Position numbers and translations under genes: made by a program. A model generated the notes under the pieces. It was not told where the DNA came from. It made no database searches and saw nothing but the letters and a program-made list of their open reading frames with translations. Of a stretch of 59,132 nucleotides of DNA, positions 27,729-35,590 are shown in pieces (position 1 is the stretch's first letter; the number at the start of each line of letters is the position of its first letter). Source of the stretch: Acidimicrobiales bacterium (lineage in GTDB: Bacteria > Actinomycetota > Acidimicrobiia > Acidimicrobiales > SKKL01); NCBI GenBank assembly GCA_046543225.1, contig JBKGZW010000001.1, forward strand, positions 1-59,132. The letters are read 5' to 3'.

Positions 27729-28772
27729 TCAGTCGGGAACGATCACCGCTCGCCCGTCGAGGGTGCCGGCGGACATGGCCTCGTAGGCGCTCATGGCGTC
27801 GTCGAGCGGGTACCGCTGCACGTGGGGCTGGATCCTGCCCTGGGCGCCGAGGGCGATGACCTCCATGAGCTCGGGGATCGTTCCCCAGTAGGTGGTGGCC
27901 ACCGACACCTCGTAGGCGATCGAGAAGAAGCCGATCGGCAGGGTGCCCCCACCGATGCCGACGATCGTGAGATGACCGAGGGGCCGGGTGATCGCGGCCG
28001 CGAGCGAGAGGGTGGGGTCGGCCCCGACCATGTCGACGGTCACGTCGACCCCCTTGCCCTTCGACAGCTCGGCGATGGTGGTCGCCGCCTGGTCGTCGGA
28101 GAGCACCCCGTGGTCGGCTCCCGCCGCGGCAGCGCGGTCGAGTCCCGCCTGGTGCTGGTCGACACCGATGACCGTGGCGGGGGTCAGGGCCTTGAGGATC
28201 TGCACCCCCATGTGGCCGAGCCCGCCACCGGCGCCGATGACGACCGCGGTCGACCCGGGCCCGAGCAACGGGAGCGACCGCTTGATGGCGTGGTAGGGGG
28301 TGAGACCGGCATCGGTGAGCGGCGCGGCCTCGACCGGATCGAGATCACCCAGCGGTACCAGCCAGCGGTCGCTCGGGACGAGCATGCGGGGTGCCATGCC
28401 GCCGTCGTGGCCGAGGCCTCCGCCAGCGGCTCCCAGCTCGGCCTGGCGTTCGCAGTAGTTCTCCATGCCGAGCCGGCAACGGATGCAGCGCCCGCAGCCC
28501 CACGGGCCATAGACAGCGACCGGGTCGCCGACCGCCAGGCCGGTCACCCCCGCGCCGATGGCGTCGACCCAGCCGGCGTTCTCGTGGCCGAGGGTGAACG
28601 GCGGTCCCCAGGGAACGACGCCCTCCTCGAACTCGTGCATCAGGTGCAGGTCGGAGTGGCAGGCGCCCGAGCCGCCGACGCGGATCACCACCTGGCCGGG
28701 ACCGGGTTCGGGGTCGTCGACCTCCTGGAGCTCGGGGTCGGTCTTCCATGCGGTCAGTCGTAGTGCCTGCAT
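27729..28772 (-). CDS. Zn-dependent alcohol dehydrogenase (MDR family)
   Basis: ATG 28772 is preceded by GGAGGAG. GACHSDLH...GHENAG is the catalytic Zn site. CGRCIRCRLGMENYC is the structural Zn site. VIGAGGGLGHMG is the Rossmann motif. The gene ends 7 nt before the ABC ATPase start. Confidence 0.9.
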   Translation of the reverse strand: MQALRLTAWKTDPELQEVDDPEPGPGQVVIRVGGSGACHSDLHLMHEFEEGVVPWGPPFTLGHENAGWVDAIGAGVTGLAVGDPVAVYGPWGCGRCIRCRLGMENYCERQAELGAAGGGLGHDGGMAPRMLVPSDRWLVPLGDLDPVEAAPLTDAGLTPYHAIKRSLPLLGPGSTAVVIGAGGGLGHMGVQILKALTPATVIGVDQHQAGLDRAAAAGADHGVLSDDQAATTIAELSKGKGVDVTVDMVGADPTLSLAAAITRPLGHLTIVGIGGGTLPIGFFSIAYEVSVATTYWGTIPELMEVIALGAQGRIQPHVQRYPLDDAMSAYEAMSAGTLDGRAVIVPD

Positions 28773-28922
28773 CGCGGGGCTCCTCCCGTCACGCGGGTCG
28801 TGGCGTCGCCTCCAGCTTCGGCCAGCCGGGATCTGGGGGCAAGGGGCGAAGGTCACCATGTACGGCAGGCCCAGCTTGGGACGGATCCGCGGACTGCGGC
28901 ACCGCCGGTCGTTGCTGATGGA

Positions 28923-30329
28923 CTAGAAGTCGTGGGTGGCGGCCTGCCATTGGCCCTTGCCACTGGCCTTGGCATGCAACAGCGCACCGTCGGCGCGATC
29001 GAGCACCCGGCTGGGATCGATCGGGTGATCGGTCGGGTCGAGCAGCGCGGTGCCGACACTGATGCCGAGGCTGATCTCCTGGTCCTGGACCGTGATCGGT
29101 TCGGCGAAGGTTCCGATGACGCGGTCGGCGAGTTGGTGCAACGCCTCGGTCGTGGTGCCCGGGCACAGGATGGCGAACTCGTCGCCACCGATGCGGGCGG
29201 CCAGGTCGTCGGCGCGGACCTGACCGGCGATGCGTCGCGCCGCGATCTGCAGCACGCGGTCGCCCATGGAGTGGCCCAGCTCGTCGTTGATCGGCTTGAA
29301 GTCGTCGAGATCGCAGTAGAGGATGCCGAAGGGCTGATCGGGTGGGTGGTCGCGGAGCGCCTCGAGCTCGGCGTAGAGCAGCGACCGGTTGGCGAGCCCG
29401 GTGAGCTCGTCGGTGCTGGCCTGGGTCTCGAGCAGCCGCCGGGTGCGGTCGCCTTCGAGGGCCAGCTGCATGAGCCGGATGATGCGGGCGATGCCCTCGT
29501 CGAGGTGGGGTCCGGGACCGCCGGGTGCCCGTCGCCAGAACACCAGCACGTCGCGGTGGGGGGTCCGCTGGTCGAGGGCGAACGCCCAACACCCCAGGAA
29601 CCCGGCCTGAGAGGCGGCGGTGCGGATCGGCTCGGCCAGATCGTCGGTGTCGACGTGCACCTCGCTCTTGCCGTCGAGGACCCCCCTCCATGGAGTGGAT
29701 GAGTCGTCGAGCGGCAGGATCTCGTGGGTGGGGAGCAGCCGCGGCGCCCGGGGGTCGGCGACGACGGTGGTGAACGACGAACCGTCGAAGCCGAGGCCCG
29801 CCGCACCCACCGAGTAGGGCATCTGCTCGGAGGCGAACTCGAGCATGCGGGACAGCGTGGTCTCGACGTCGTCGCCCTGGACCAGTGAGGCGATGGCGGC
29901 GTCGAGCCGGTCGTTGGACTCGGTGCGGCGGATCCACAGCACCAGCCCGTCGAACTCGGGGTTCCCGGAGGGCACGGCCAGGGCACGACACGAGACGCTG
30001 TACCCGGCGACGTGGCGGAGCCTGATGGTCAGTGCCGGCCCCACCCAACCCGTGGTCGGCCGATCCGGTGAGGTGAAGTCCTCGAACGCCTCGATGGCCC
30101 GGTCGCGGCTGTCAGGGTCCAGGACGTCGACCATGTTGGTGCCGACGAGCTGGCTCGCCGGGATGCCGACCAGGTCGTCGGCGGCGTCGCTGGCGAACAG
30201 GATGGTGCCGTCGGCTGCGAGCACCACGTAGGGATGGAAGCTGGCCCGCACCATGTCGGCGAGGAACGCGGCGTCGACCTCGTCGGGTCGTGCTGGCCCA
30301 CCGGCGGGCGGGGTCCCGGATCGTGTCAC
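28923..30329 (-). CDS. Diguanylate cyclase with PAS- and GAF-like N-terminal domains (GGDEF)
   Basis: 468 aa. YVVLAADGTILFASDAADDLVGIPASQLVGTNMVDVL is PAS-like. DELTGLANR...ILYCDLDDFKPINDELGHSMGDRVL...RIGGDEFAIL is the GGDEF domain. Confidence 0.85.
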   Translation of the reverse strand: MTRSGTPPAGGPARPDEVDAAFLADMVRASFHPYVVLAADGTILFASDAADDLVGIPASQLVGTNMVDVLDPDSRDRAIEAFEDFTSPDRPTTGWVGPALTIRLRHVAGYSVSCRALAVPSGNPEFDGLVLWIRRTESNDRLDAAIASLVQGDDVETTLSRMLEFASEQMPYSVGAAGLGFDGSSFTTVVADPRAPRLLPTHEILPLDDSSTPWRGVLDGKSEVHVDTDDLAEPIRTAASQAGFLGCWAFALDQRTPHRDVLVFWRRAPGGPGPHLDEGIARIIRLMQLALEGDRTRRLLETQASTDELTGLANRSLLYAELEALRDHPPDQPFGILYCDLDDFKPINDELGHSMGDRVLQIAARRIAGQVRADDLAARIGGDEFAILCPGTTTEALHQLADRVIGTFAEPITVQDQEISLGISVGTALLDPTDHPIDPSRVLDRADGALLHAKASGKGQWQAATHDF

Positions 30330-30391
30330 CCGGTCAGGATCGCACGCCGGTGGAGCACGCGCCCGTCAGGGCCTGTCGTCTGCAGGCGATG

Positions 30392-31291
30392 TCACCGAAG
30401 GGTGGTGATGGTCTCCCGGCTGGCGAGGTACTCGGGTCGGGGATCGACGGGGCCGAACGGCTGGCCTATCTCGTTCTCGACGCTGTTGTAGACGAAGAAC
30501 GCGTTGCTCCGCGGTGCCGGGGCGAGGTTGACCCCCGACGCGTGCAAGGTGTTGCACTCGAAGAAGATGACCGAGCCCCGCTTGGCCTTCGGCGCGACGA
30601 TGCCGCCCTGGTTCACCATCCAGGAGAGGGTGTCGGCATCGGGCGTGCCGATCTCCTGGCGGCGCAGCGAGGTCTCGTAGTGCCGTTCGGGGGTCTCGCC
30701 GACACAGGACACGAACCAGCGGTGCGAGCCCGGGATGAGCATGAGCGGCCCGTTGAACTCGGTGTTGTCGGTGAGCGCCACCGAGGCGCTGACGGCCCGC
30801 ATGCGTGGCATGCCGTCCTCGACGTGCCAGGTCTCGAAGTCGGAGTGCCAGAAGAACGGCTGTCCGGTGAGGCCGGGCTTGAGGTTGACCCGGCTCTGAT
30901 GGATGTAGACGTCGCTGCCGAGGATCTGCTCGGCGATCTCGACCAGGCGCCGATCGCGGCCGAGCTCTGCGAAGAGCTGGTTCGTGCGGTGCACGGCGAA
31001 CACCGAACGCACCGCGTCGGCGTCGGGTTCGGTGATCGTCTCGGGGCGCCGACGCACCTCGGGGTCGCGGCTGAGCGCGTTCAGCTCGTCGAGGCAGGCG
31101 TCCATCTCGTCGGGGGAGAAGAGGGACTCCATCACCATGTAGCCGTCGCGCTCGAACTCGACGAGCGCCTCGTGGCTGGCGGGGCCGGGGGAGGCGGTCC
31201 CCGCGGGGTGGTGGATGATCGGTTCGCGTCGTTCGGTGACCGACGGCTCGTTGGCGACCCTGGATGGGTAGGCATCGACCACGGTGGTCAC
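30392..31291 (-). CDS. ectD: Ectoine hydroxylase
   Basis: GTG start preceded by AGGAGG. The EctD signature is FFWHSDFETWHVEDGMPRMRAVSASVALTDNTEFNGPLMLIPGSH. Confidence 0.95.
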   Translation of the reverse strand: MTTVVDAYPSRVANEPSVTERREPIIHHPAGTASPGPASHEALVEFERDGYMVMESLFSPDEMDACLDELNALSRDPEVRRRPETITEPDADAVRSVFAVHRTNQLFAELGRDRRLVEIAEQILGSDVYIHQSRVNLKPGLTGQPFFWHSDFETWHVEDGMPRMRAVSASVALTDNTEFNGPLMLIPGSHRWFVSCVGETPERHYETSLRRQEIGTPDADTLSWMVNQGGIVAPKAKRGSVIFFECNTLHASGVNLAPAPRSNAFFVYNSVENEIGQPFGPVDPRPEYLASRETITTLR

Positions 31292-31304
31292 GCTGAAAAC
31301 CTCC

Positions 31305-31691
31305 TCAGGATGTGATCAGTGGATACGTTCCGTTCTCGTCGTGGAGCTCTCGCCCGGTGAGGGCGGGTGTGAACACGCATATCATCCGCAGGTCCGAGTT
31401 CGCACGCAGGATGTGGCGCTCGTGTCCGTTGAGGGTGTAGAGGGTGCCGGGCCCGATCTCGTAGACCTTCTCGTTGTCGAGGTCTTCGAGCTCGCCGTCG
31501 CCCTCGATGCAGTACACGGCTTCGACGTGGTTCTGGTACCACATCTTGGTGACGGTGCCGGCATAGAGCACGGTGTCGTGGAACGAGAACTTGACGCCGT
31601 CGCCGGCCAGGAGCAGGCGGCGGCTCACGAACGTGGGGCCCTCGACGGCTCGGTCGGTGCCTTCGATGTCGGCGAGTGTGCGGACGATCAC
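31305..31691 (-). CDS. ectC: L-ectoine synthase
   Basis: 128 aa cupin. MIVRTLADIEGTDR...SRRLLLAGDG...HDTVLYAG...WYQNHVEAVYCIEGDGE. GTGA overlap with ectB. Confidence 0.95.
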   Translation of the reverse strand: MIVRTLADIEGTDRAVEGPTFVSRRLLLAGDGVKFSFHDTVLYAGTVTKMWYQNHVEAVYCIEGDGELEDLDNEKVYEIGPGTLYTLNGHERHILRANSDLRMICVFTPALTGRELHDENGTYPLITS

Positions 31692-32995
31692 GAGTCGGTT
31701 CCCTTCGTTCCGGCGCCCACGGCGCCGCTGGAGCTGGTGTCGAGACGCTCGGCCACGACACGGGCCGAGTCGGCGATGATGCCGAGGCCCTCCCGGAGCG
31801 TATCGGGCTCGATCGTGAGCGGTGGGAGCAGCTTGAGCACCTCGTCGTCGGGGCCGGCGGTCTCGATGATGAGCCCCCGCTCGAACGCGTGGCGGGCGAT
31901 GCGCGAGGCCACGGCCGGATCGTCGAAGGCGATGCCCTTGATCATCCCGCGGCCCTTGACCTCGCCGCCGAGCTCGGGGTGGGTCTCGGTGATCTCGACC
32001 AGGGCGTCACCGATCTCTTGGCCCTTCACCCGGACGTCGTCGGCGAAGCTGCCGGTGCTCCAGTGCTCGAGGGCGGCGGTGGCGGTCACCATCGCCGGGT
32101 TGTGGCCGCGGAACGTGCCGTTGTGCTCGCCGGGGCTCCACACGTCGAGGTCGGGACGCATGAGCGTCACCGCCAGCGGGAGCCCATAGCCGCTGAGCGA
32201 CTTGGACAGGCAGATGATGTCGGGAGTGATGCCCACGTCGTCGAAGCTGAAGAACTGTCCGGTGCGCCCGCAGCCGACCTGGATGTCGTCGACGGCGAGC
32301 AGGATGCCGTGTCGCTCGCAGAGCGCGGCGAGACGGCGCAGCCAGTCGAACCCGGCGACGTTGATGCCGCCCTCGGCCTGCACGGTCTCGAGGATCACCA
32401 TGGCAGGCACCTCGACCCCGCTGCCGCTGTCCTCGAGGAAGGCCTCGAAGTACTCGATCGAGTCGACCGGGCCGTCGAGGAAGCCGTCATAGGGCATGGC
32501 CACGGCGTTGCCGAGGGCCACGCCGGCACCCTGGCGCTTCATGGAGTTGCCGGTGATGGCGAGCGAGCCGAGGGTCATGCCGTGGAAGGCGTTGGTGAAG
32601 CTGACCACGGTGTCGCGGCCGGTGGCCTTGCGGGCGAGCTTCAGGGCGGCCTCGACCGCGTTGGTGCCGGTGGGGCCGGGGAACATCACCTTGTGGTCGA
32701 ACCCGCGGGGCTCGAGGATCGTGGCGTGGAAGGCCTCGAGGAACTTGCCGCGAGCGACGGTGTGGGCGTCGAGGCTGTGGGTGATGCCGTCGTTCTGGAG
32801 GTACTCGATGAGTGCCGACTTCATCGGCTCGGGGTTGTGCCCGTAGTTGAGCGTGCCGGCTCCGGCGAAGAAGTCGATGTACTGGCGGCCTTCGGTGTTC
32901 CAGATGTGGGCACCTTTGGCCCGTTCGAACACGGTCGGCCAGTTGCGGCAGTAGCTGCGGACCTCGGACTCGTGGGTGGTGAAGATTTCCAACAT
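31688..32995 (-). CDS. ectB: Diaminobutyrate--2-oxoglutarate transaminase
   Basis: 435 aa. MLEIFTTHESEVRSYCRNWPTVFERAKG...DFFAGAGTLNYGHN...DDIQVGCGRTG...LSKSLSGYGLP is class-III PLP aminotransferase with the PLP-binding Lys context. Confidence 0.95.
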   Translation of the reverse strand: MLEIFTTHESEVRSYCRNWPTVFERAKGAHIWNTEGRQYIDFFAGAGTLNYGHNPEPMKSALIEYLQNDGITHSLDAHTVARGKFLEAFHATILEPRGFDHKVMFPGPTGTNAVEAALKLARKATGRDTVVSFTNAFHGMTLGSLAITGNSMKRQGAGVALGNAVAMPYDGFLDGPVDSIEYFEAFLEDSGSGVEVPAMVILETVQAEGGINVAGFDWLRRLAALCERHGILLAVDDIQVGCGRTGQFFSFDDVGITPDIICLSKSLSGYGLPLAVTLMRPDLDVWSPGEHNGTFRGHNPAMVTATAALEHWSTGSFADDVRVKGQEIGDALVEITETHPELGGEVKGRGMIKGIAFDDPAVASRIARHAFERGLIIETAGPDDEVLKLLPPLTIEPDTLREGLGIIADSARVVAERLDTSSSGAVGAGTKGTDS

Positions 32996-33010
32996 GGGGT
33001 GGTCCCTTCG

Positions 33011-33574
33011 TCAGTGGTCGTGGTCGTCGGGCCCGCGGAACGGTCCGACGTAGATCTCGTGCTCGGGCTCGTGGTCGTCGCCGGGGAAGAGCTCGGCGCC
33101 GAAGCAGGGTCGTTCGGTGCACCCGGTGCCGCGGTCGCTGGCGACCGCGTTGAACAGCTTGCGGGATGCCTCGTTGGACGGGGTGACGGTGGCGGTCATC
33201 GAGGTGACGCCGCGGGGCAGCGCCCGCTCGATGACCGCGTGCAGCATCCGCCGTCCGATCCCCCTTCCCCGGAACTCGGGGTTGGTGGCCACCTGCCAGA
33301 CGAACACGGTGTCGGTCTGGTCGGGTGGGATGTAGGCGAGGACGAAGCCCGCCAGGCGCCCGTCGGCTGCTTCGGCGACCACGCTGGTGGAAGCGAAGTG
33401 GTGTCCCGCCAGCAGGTAGGCGTAGGGCGAGTTGAGGTCCAGTCCGCCGGGTTCGCTGGCCAGCAGCCACATGGCGTGGCCGTCGGAGGGAGCCGGGGAC
33501 CGGATGGTGATCGACGCTGGTTCGTCGTCTGGGAGCTTCAAGGTCTCGAGGGTGTCGCGTACAGGTCGCGCCAT
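33011..33574 (-). CDS. ectA: L-2,4-diaminobutyrate acetyltransferase
   Basis: ATG 33574 within ORF 33011..33640. IRSPAPSDGHAMWLL...LDLNSPYAYLL...VWQVATNPEFRGRGIGRRML is the GNAT motif A. The gene is first in the ectABCD order. Confidence 0.9.
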   Translation of the reverse strand: MARPVRDTLETLKLPDDEPASITIRSPAPSDGHAMWLLASEPGGLDLNSPYAYLLAGHHFASTSVVAEAADGRLAGFVLAYIPPDQTDTVFVWQVATNPEFRGRGIGRRMLHAVIERALPRGVTSMTATVTPSNEASRKLFNAVASDRGTGCTERPCFGAELFPGDDHEPEHEIYVGPFRGPDDHDH

Positions 33575-33727
33575 ACCAAGTCGAACACTGTCGAACGATC
33601 GACCCGAGCACAGCTGGTCTGCTCGTGAACAGAACCACAAACGACCATACGGGGTCGTGGCCGCGATCGGTGAATGACAACCATCTCATTTCAAAAAGGG
33701 TCGACACGCTGGGCGAACGCGACGCAG

Positions 33728-33749
33728 ATATGTGCACTGTGCATATACT
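33728..33749 (+). promoter_or_regulatory. Candidate operator (ATATGTGCACTGTGCATAT) overlapping a TATACT -10 box of a probably leaderless marR/ectR-like gene
   Basis: TGTGCA(C/T) occurs as a direct repeat inside an ATATG...CATAT imperfect palindrome (33728-33746). TATACT (33744-33749) ends 6 nt before ATG 33756, and there is no SD. Confidence 0.35.
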
Positions 33750-33755
33750 TTCGCC

Positions 33756-34256
33756 ATGCAGGGACGTGTCGAGAACCTCCTCGGCGCCCTCGCCCTGGCC
33801 CTCGACGACGAGGTGGCGAGCCGCACCGAGGCCGTCGCCGGTCACGGGCCGTCGGCGCCGGCCGCCCTGGTCGCGCTGCTGCGACGACCCGACCAGTCGA
33901 TCGAGCGGTTGCGTCACAGCGCCGGACTGTCGCACTCGGCGACGGTGCGACTCGTCGACCGCCTCGAGCGCGACGGGCTCGTGATTCGTCGATCCGCCCA
34001 GGACGGCCGTGCGGTGAGCGTGGCGCTGTCGGCCCGGGGTCGCCGCATCACCCTGCGGCTGCTCCAGGAGCGGCGGGGGGTGTTGTCGCGAGCGTTGGCC
34101 GGGCTCTCCGAGCTCGACCGGCGCCAGCTCGAATCACTGCTCGAAGCGCTGTTGCGCACCCAGTCCCGCACCCGGGCCGACCCCACCCCCATCTGTCGCC
34201 TGTGCGAGCTGTCGGTGTGCCCGTTGCGCCGATGCCCCGTGCCCGGGGGACGTTGA
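33756..34256 (+). CDS. MarR-family regulator, EctR-like position, with Cys-rich C-terminal tail
   Basis: ATG 33756 (the track ORF begins at GTG 33732). LLRRPDQSIERLRHSAGLSHSATVRLVDRLERDGLVIRRSAQDGRAVSVALSARG is the MarR wHTH. The tail is ICRLCELSVCPLRRCP. It is divergent from ectA. Confidence 0.8.
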   Translation: MQGRVENLLGALALALDDEVASRTEAVAGHGPSAPAALVALLRRPDQSIERLRHSAGLSHSATVRLVDRLERDGLVIRRSAQDGRAVSVALSARGRRITLRLLQERRGVLSRALAGLSELDRRQLESLLEALLRTQSRTRADPTPICRLCELSVCPLRRCPVPGGR

Positions 34257-34344
34257 GGCGGTCGTGACGGCGGGCGACGGTCGGCGAACGCCCTTCCCGG
34301 TCGATGACCTTCGCCCCTGCTCCCCGAACCCCAGCAGGACGACG

Positions 34345-35577
34345 ATGAAGGGCCCCAGCGATTGGACCATCGACATGGAAGCCACCCGCATCTCCCACCC
34401 GCGGATCTCGTTCGCCGCGCTCATCGCGGCGGTGCTGCTGGTCGCCGGCACCGGAACCAGTGCCGCACAGACCGCCACACCGCCCGATCCCATTCCCGTC
34501 GACGCCGTCTGTGCCAACCTCCACGAGGGGTTCGCACCGTTCGAGGACATCGAAGGCGACACCTTCGAGCTCCACATCCGTTGCCTCGCCTCGGCCGAGA
34601 TCACCGAGGGGACCGGCGCCGGGTCCGCCACCGATCCGCGTGACGCGTTCGAACCGGGCACCCCGGTCACCCGCCAGCAGATGGCCAGCTTCATCGCCAG
34701 GCTCATCGACACGGCCCACGCCCTGGCGCCCGACACCGTCACCGCACTCCCCGCCTTCGACGGCGTGTACCAGTTCCAGGACGTTCACCCTGAGTACGTG
34801 CACTTCGAGAACATCAACCGACTCGGCGCGGCAGGGCTCGTCCTCGGTGGCCCCGGATCGCTCGACCAGGACCAGTTCGGACCCTTGCTCACCGTGAACC
34901 GGGGTCAGATGGCCTCGTTCATCGACCGGGCCTACGAGTACATGGTCGGGACCCCCCTGGAAGCCGACGAGACCTACTTCACCGACGTGGCGGGCAACGT
35001 TCACGCACCGGCGATCGACGCCGTCGCCGCCAACGCCATCGCGGTGGGGTTCGGCGACGGAACGTTCGGACCCGGCGAGGCGGTCACCCGGGGTCAGATG
35101 GCGGGCTTCTTGGTCCGCACGCTCGCGACCATGCAGGCCGGCGGCGAGATCCCGGTGCTGGCCGCGCCCGCCGACACCACCACCGCCGAGGTCTGGTTCC
35201 TGCAGGGACAGGTCCTCGAGGCCGAGCATCGAACCGTCCCGGCACCCAGCCCGGCCACCGTGGCGATGGACCGCCTGGCCACCGGTCCGACCACGCCCGG
35301 GCTCGTCAGCGAGATCCCCGACGGGACCGAGGTGCTCGGCGTGACCATCAGCGACGGTGTCGCCACCGTCGACCTGTCGGCCACCTTCGAGGCAGGAGGC
35401 GGTTCGCTCTCGGCCCGGGCGAGGGTCGCACAGGTGGTGTTCACCATGACCCAGTTCGACACGGTCGACGGGGTCCTGTTCGCCATCGACGGTGACCTGC
35501 AGACCACCATCACCAGCGAAGGGATCGTCGTCACCGATCCGCTCGATCGGTCGAACTTCTCGGATCTCCTCGGTTGA
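34345..35577 (+). CDS. Secreted protein with three SLH-like repeats and a C-terminal GerMN domain
   Basis: The start is uncertain (ATG 34345 or 34375). The signal peptide is ISFAALIAAVLLVAGTGTSAAQ. Repeats end TRQQMASFIARL, NRGQMASFIDRA and TRGQMAGFLVRT, which is the SLH hallmark. The GerMN-like tail reads VTISDGVATVDLS...AQVVFTMTQFDTVDGVLFAIDG. Confidence 0.7.
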   Translation: MKGPSDWTIDMEATRISHPRISFAALIAAVLLVAGTGTSAAQTATPPDPIPVDAVCANLHEGFAPFEDIEGDTFELHIRCLASAEITEGTGAGSATDPRDAFEPGTPVTRQQMASFIARLIDTAHALAPDTVTALPAFDGVYQFQDVHPEYVHFENINRLGAAGLVLGGPGSLDQDQFGPLLTVNRGQMASFIDRAYEYMVGTPLEADETYFTDVAGNVHAPAIDAVAANAIAVGFGDGTFGPGEAVTRGQMAGFLVRTLATMQAGGEIPVLAAPADTTTAEVWFLQGQVLEAEHRTVPAPSPATVAMDRLATGPTTPGLVSEIPDGTEVLGVTISDGVATVDLSATFEAGGGSLSARARVAQVVFTMTQFDTVDGVLFAIDGDLQTTITSEGIVVTDPLDRSNFSDLLG

Positions 35578-35590
35578 GGAGCGGCGCCGG

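Noticed and set aside
33580-33603. TCGAAC-actg-TCGAAC near ectA, considered as a LexA SOS box
   Set aside because: The half-sites form a direct repeat, not an inverted one (the box needs TCGAAC-N4-GTTCGA). I kept it only as an unexplained repeat within the ect leader.
31676-33935. ORFs 31676..33628 (+, 650 aa) and 32487..33935 (-, 482 aa)
   Set aside because: They overlap ectB and ectA in other frames or on the other strand. The ect genes are unambiguous, so these are GC-driven open frames.
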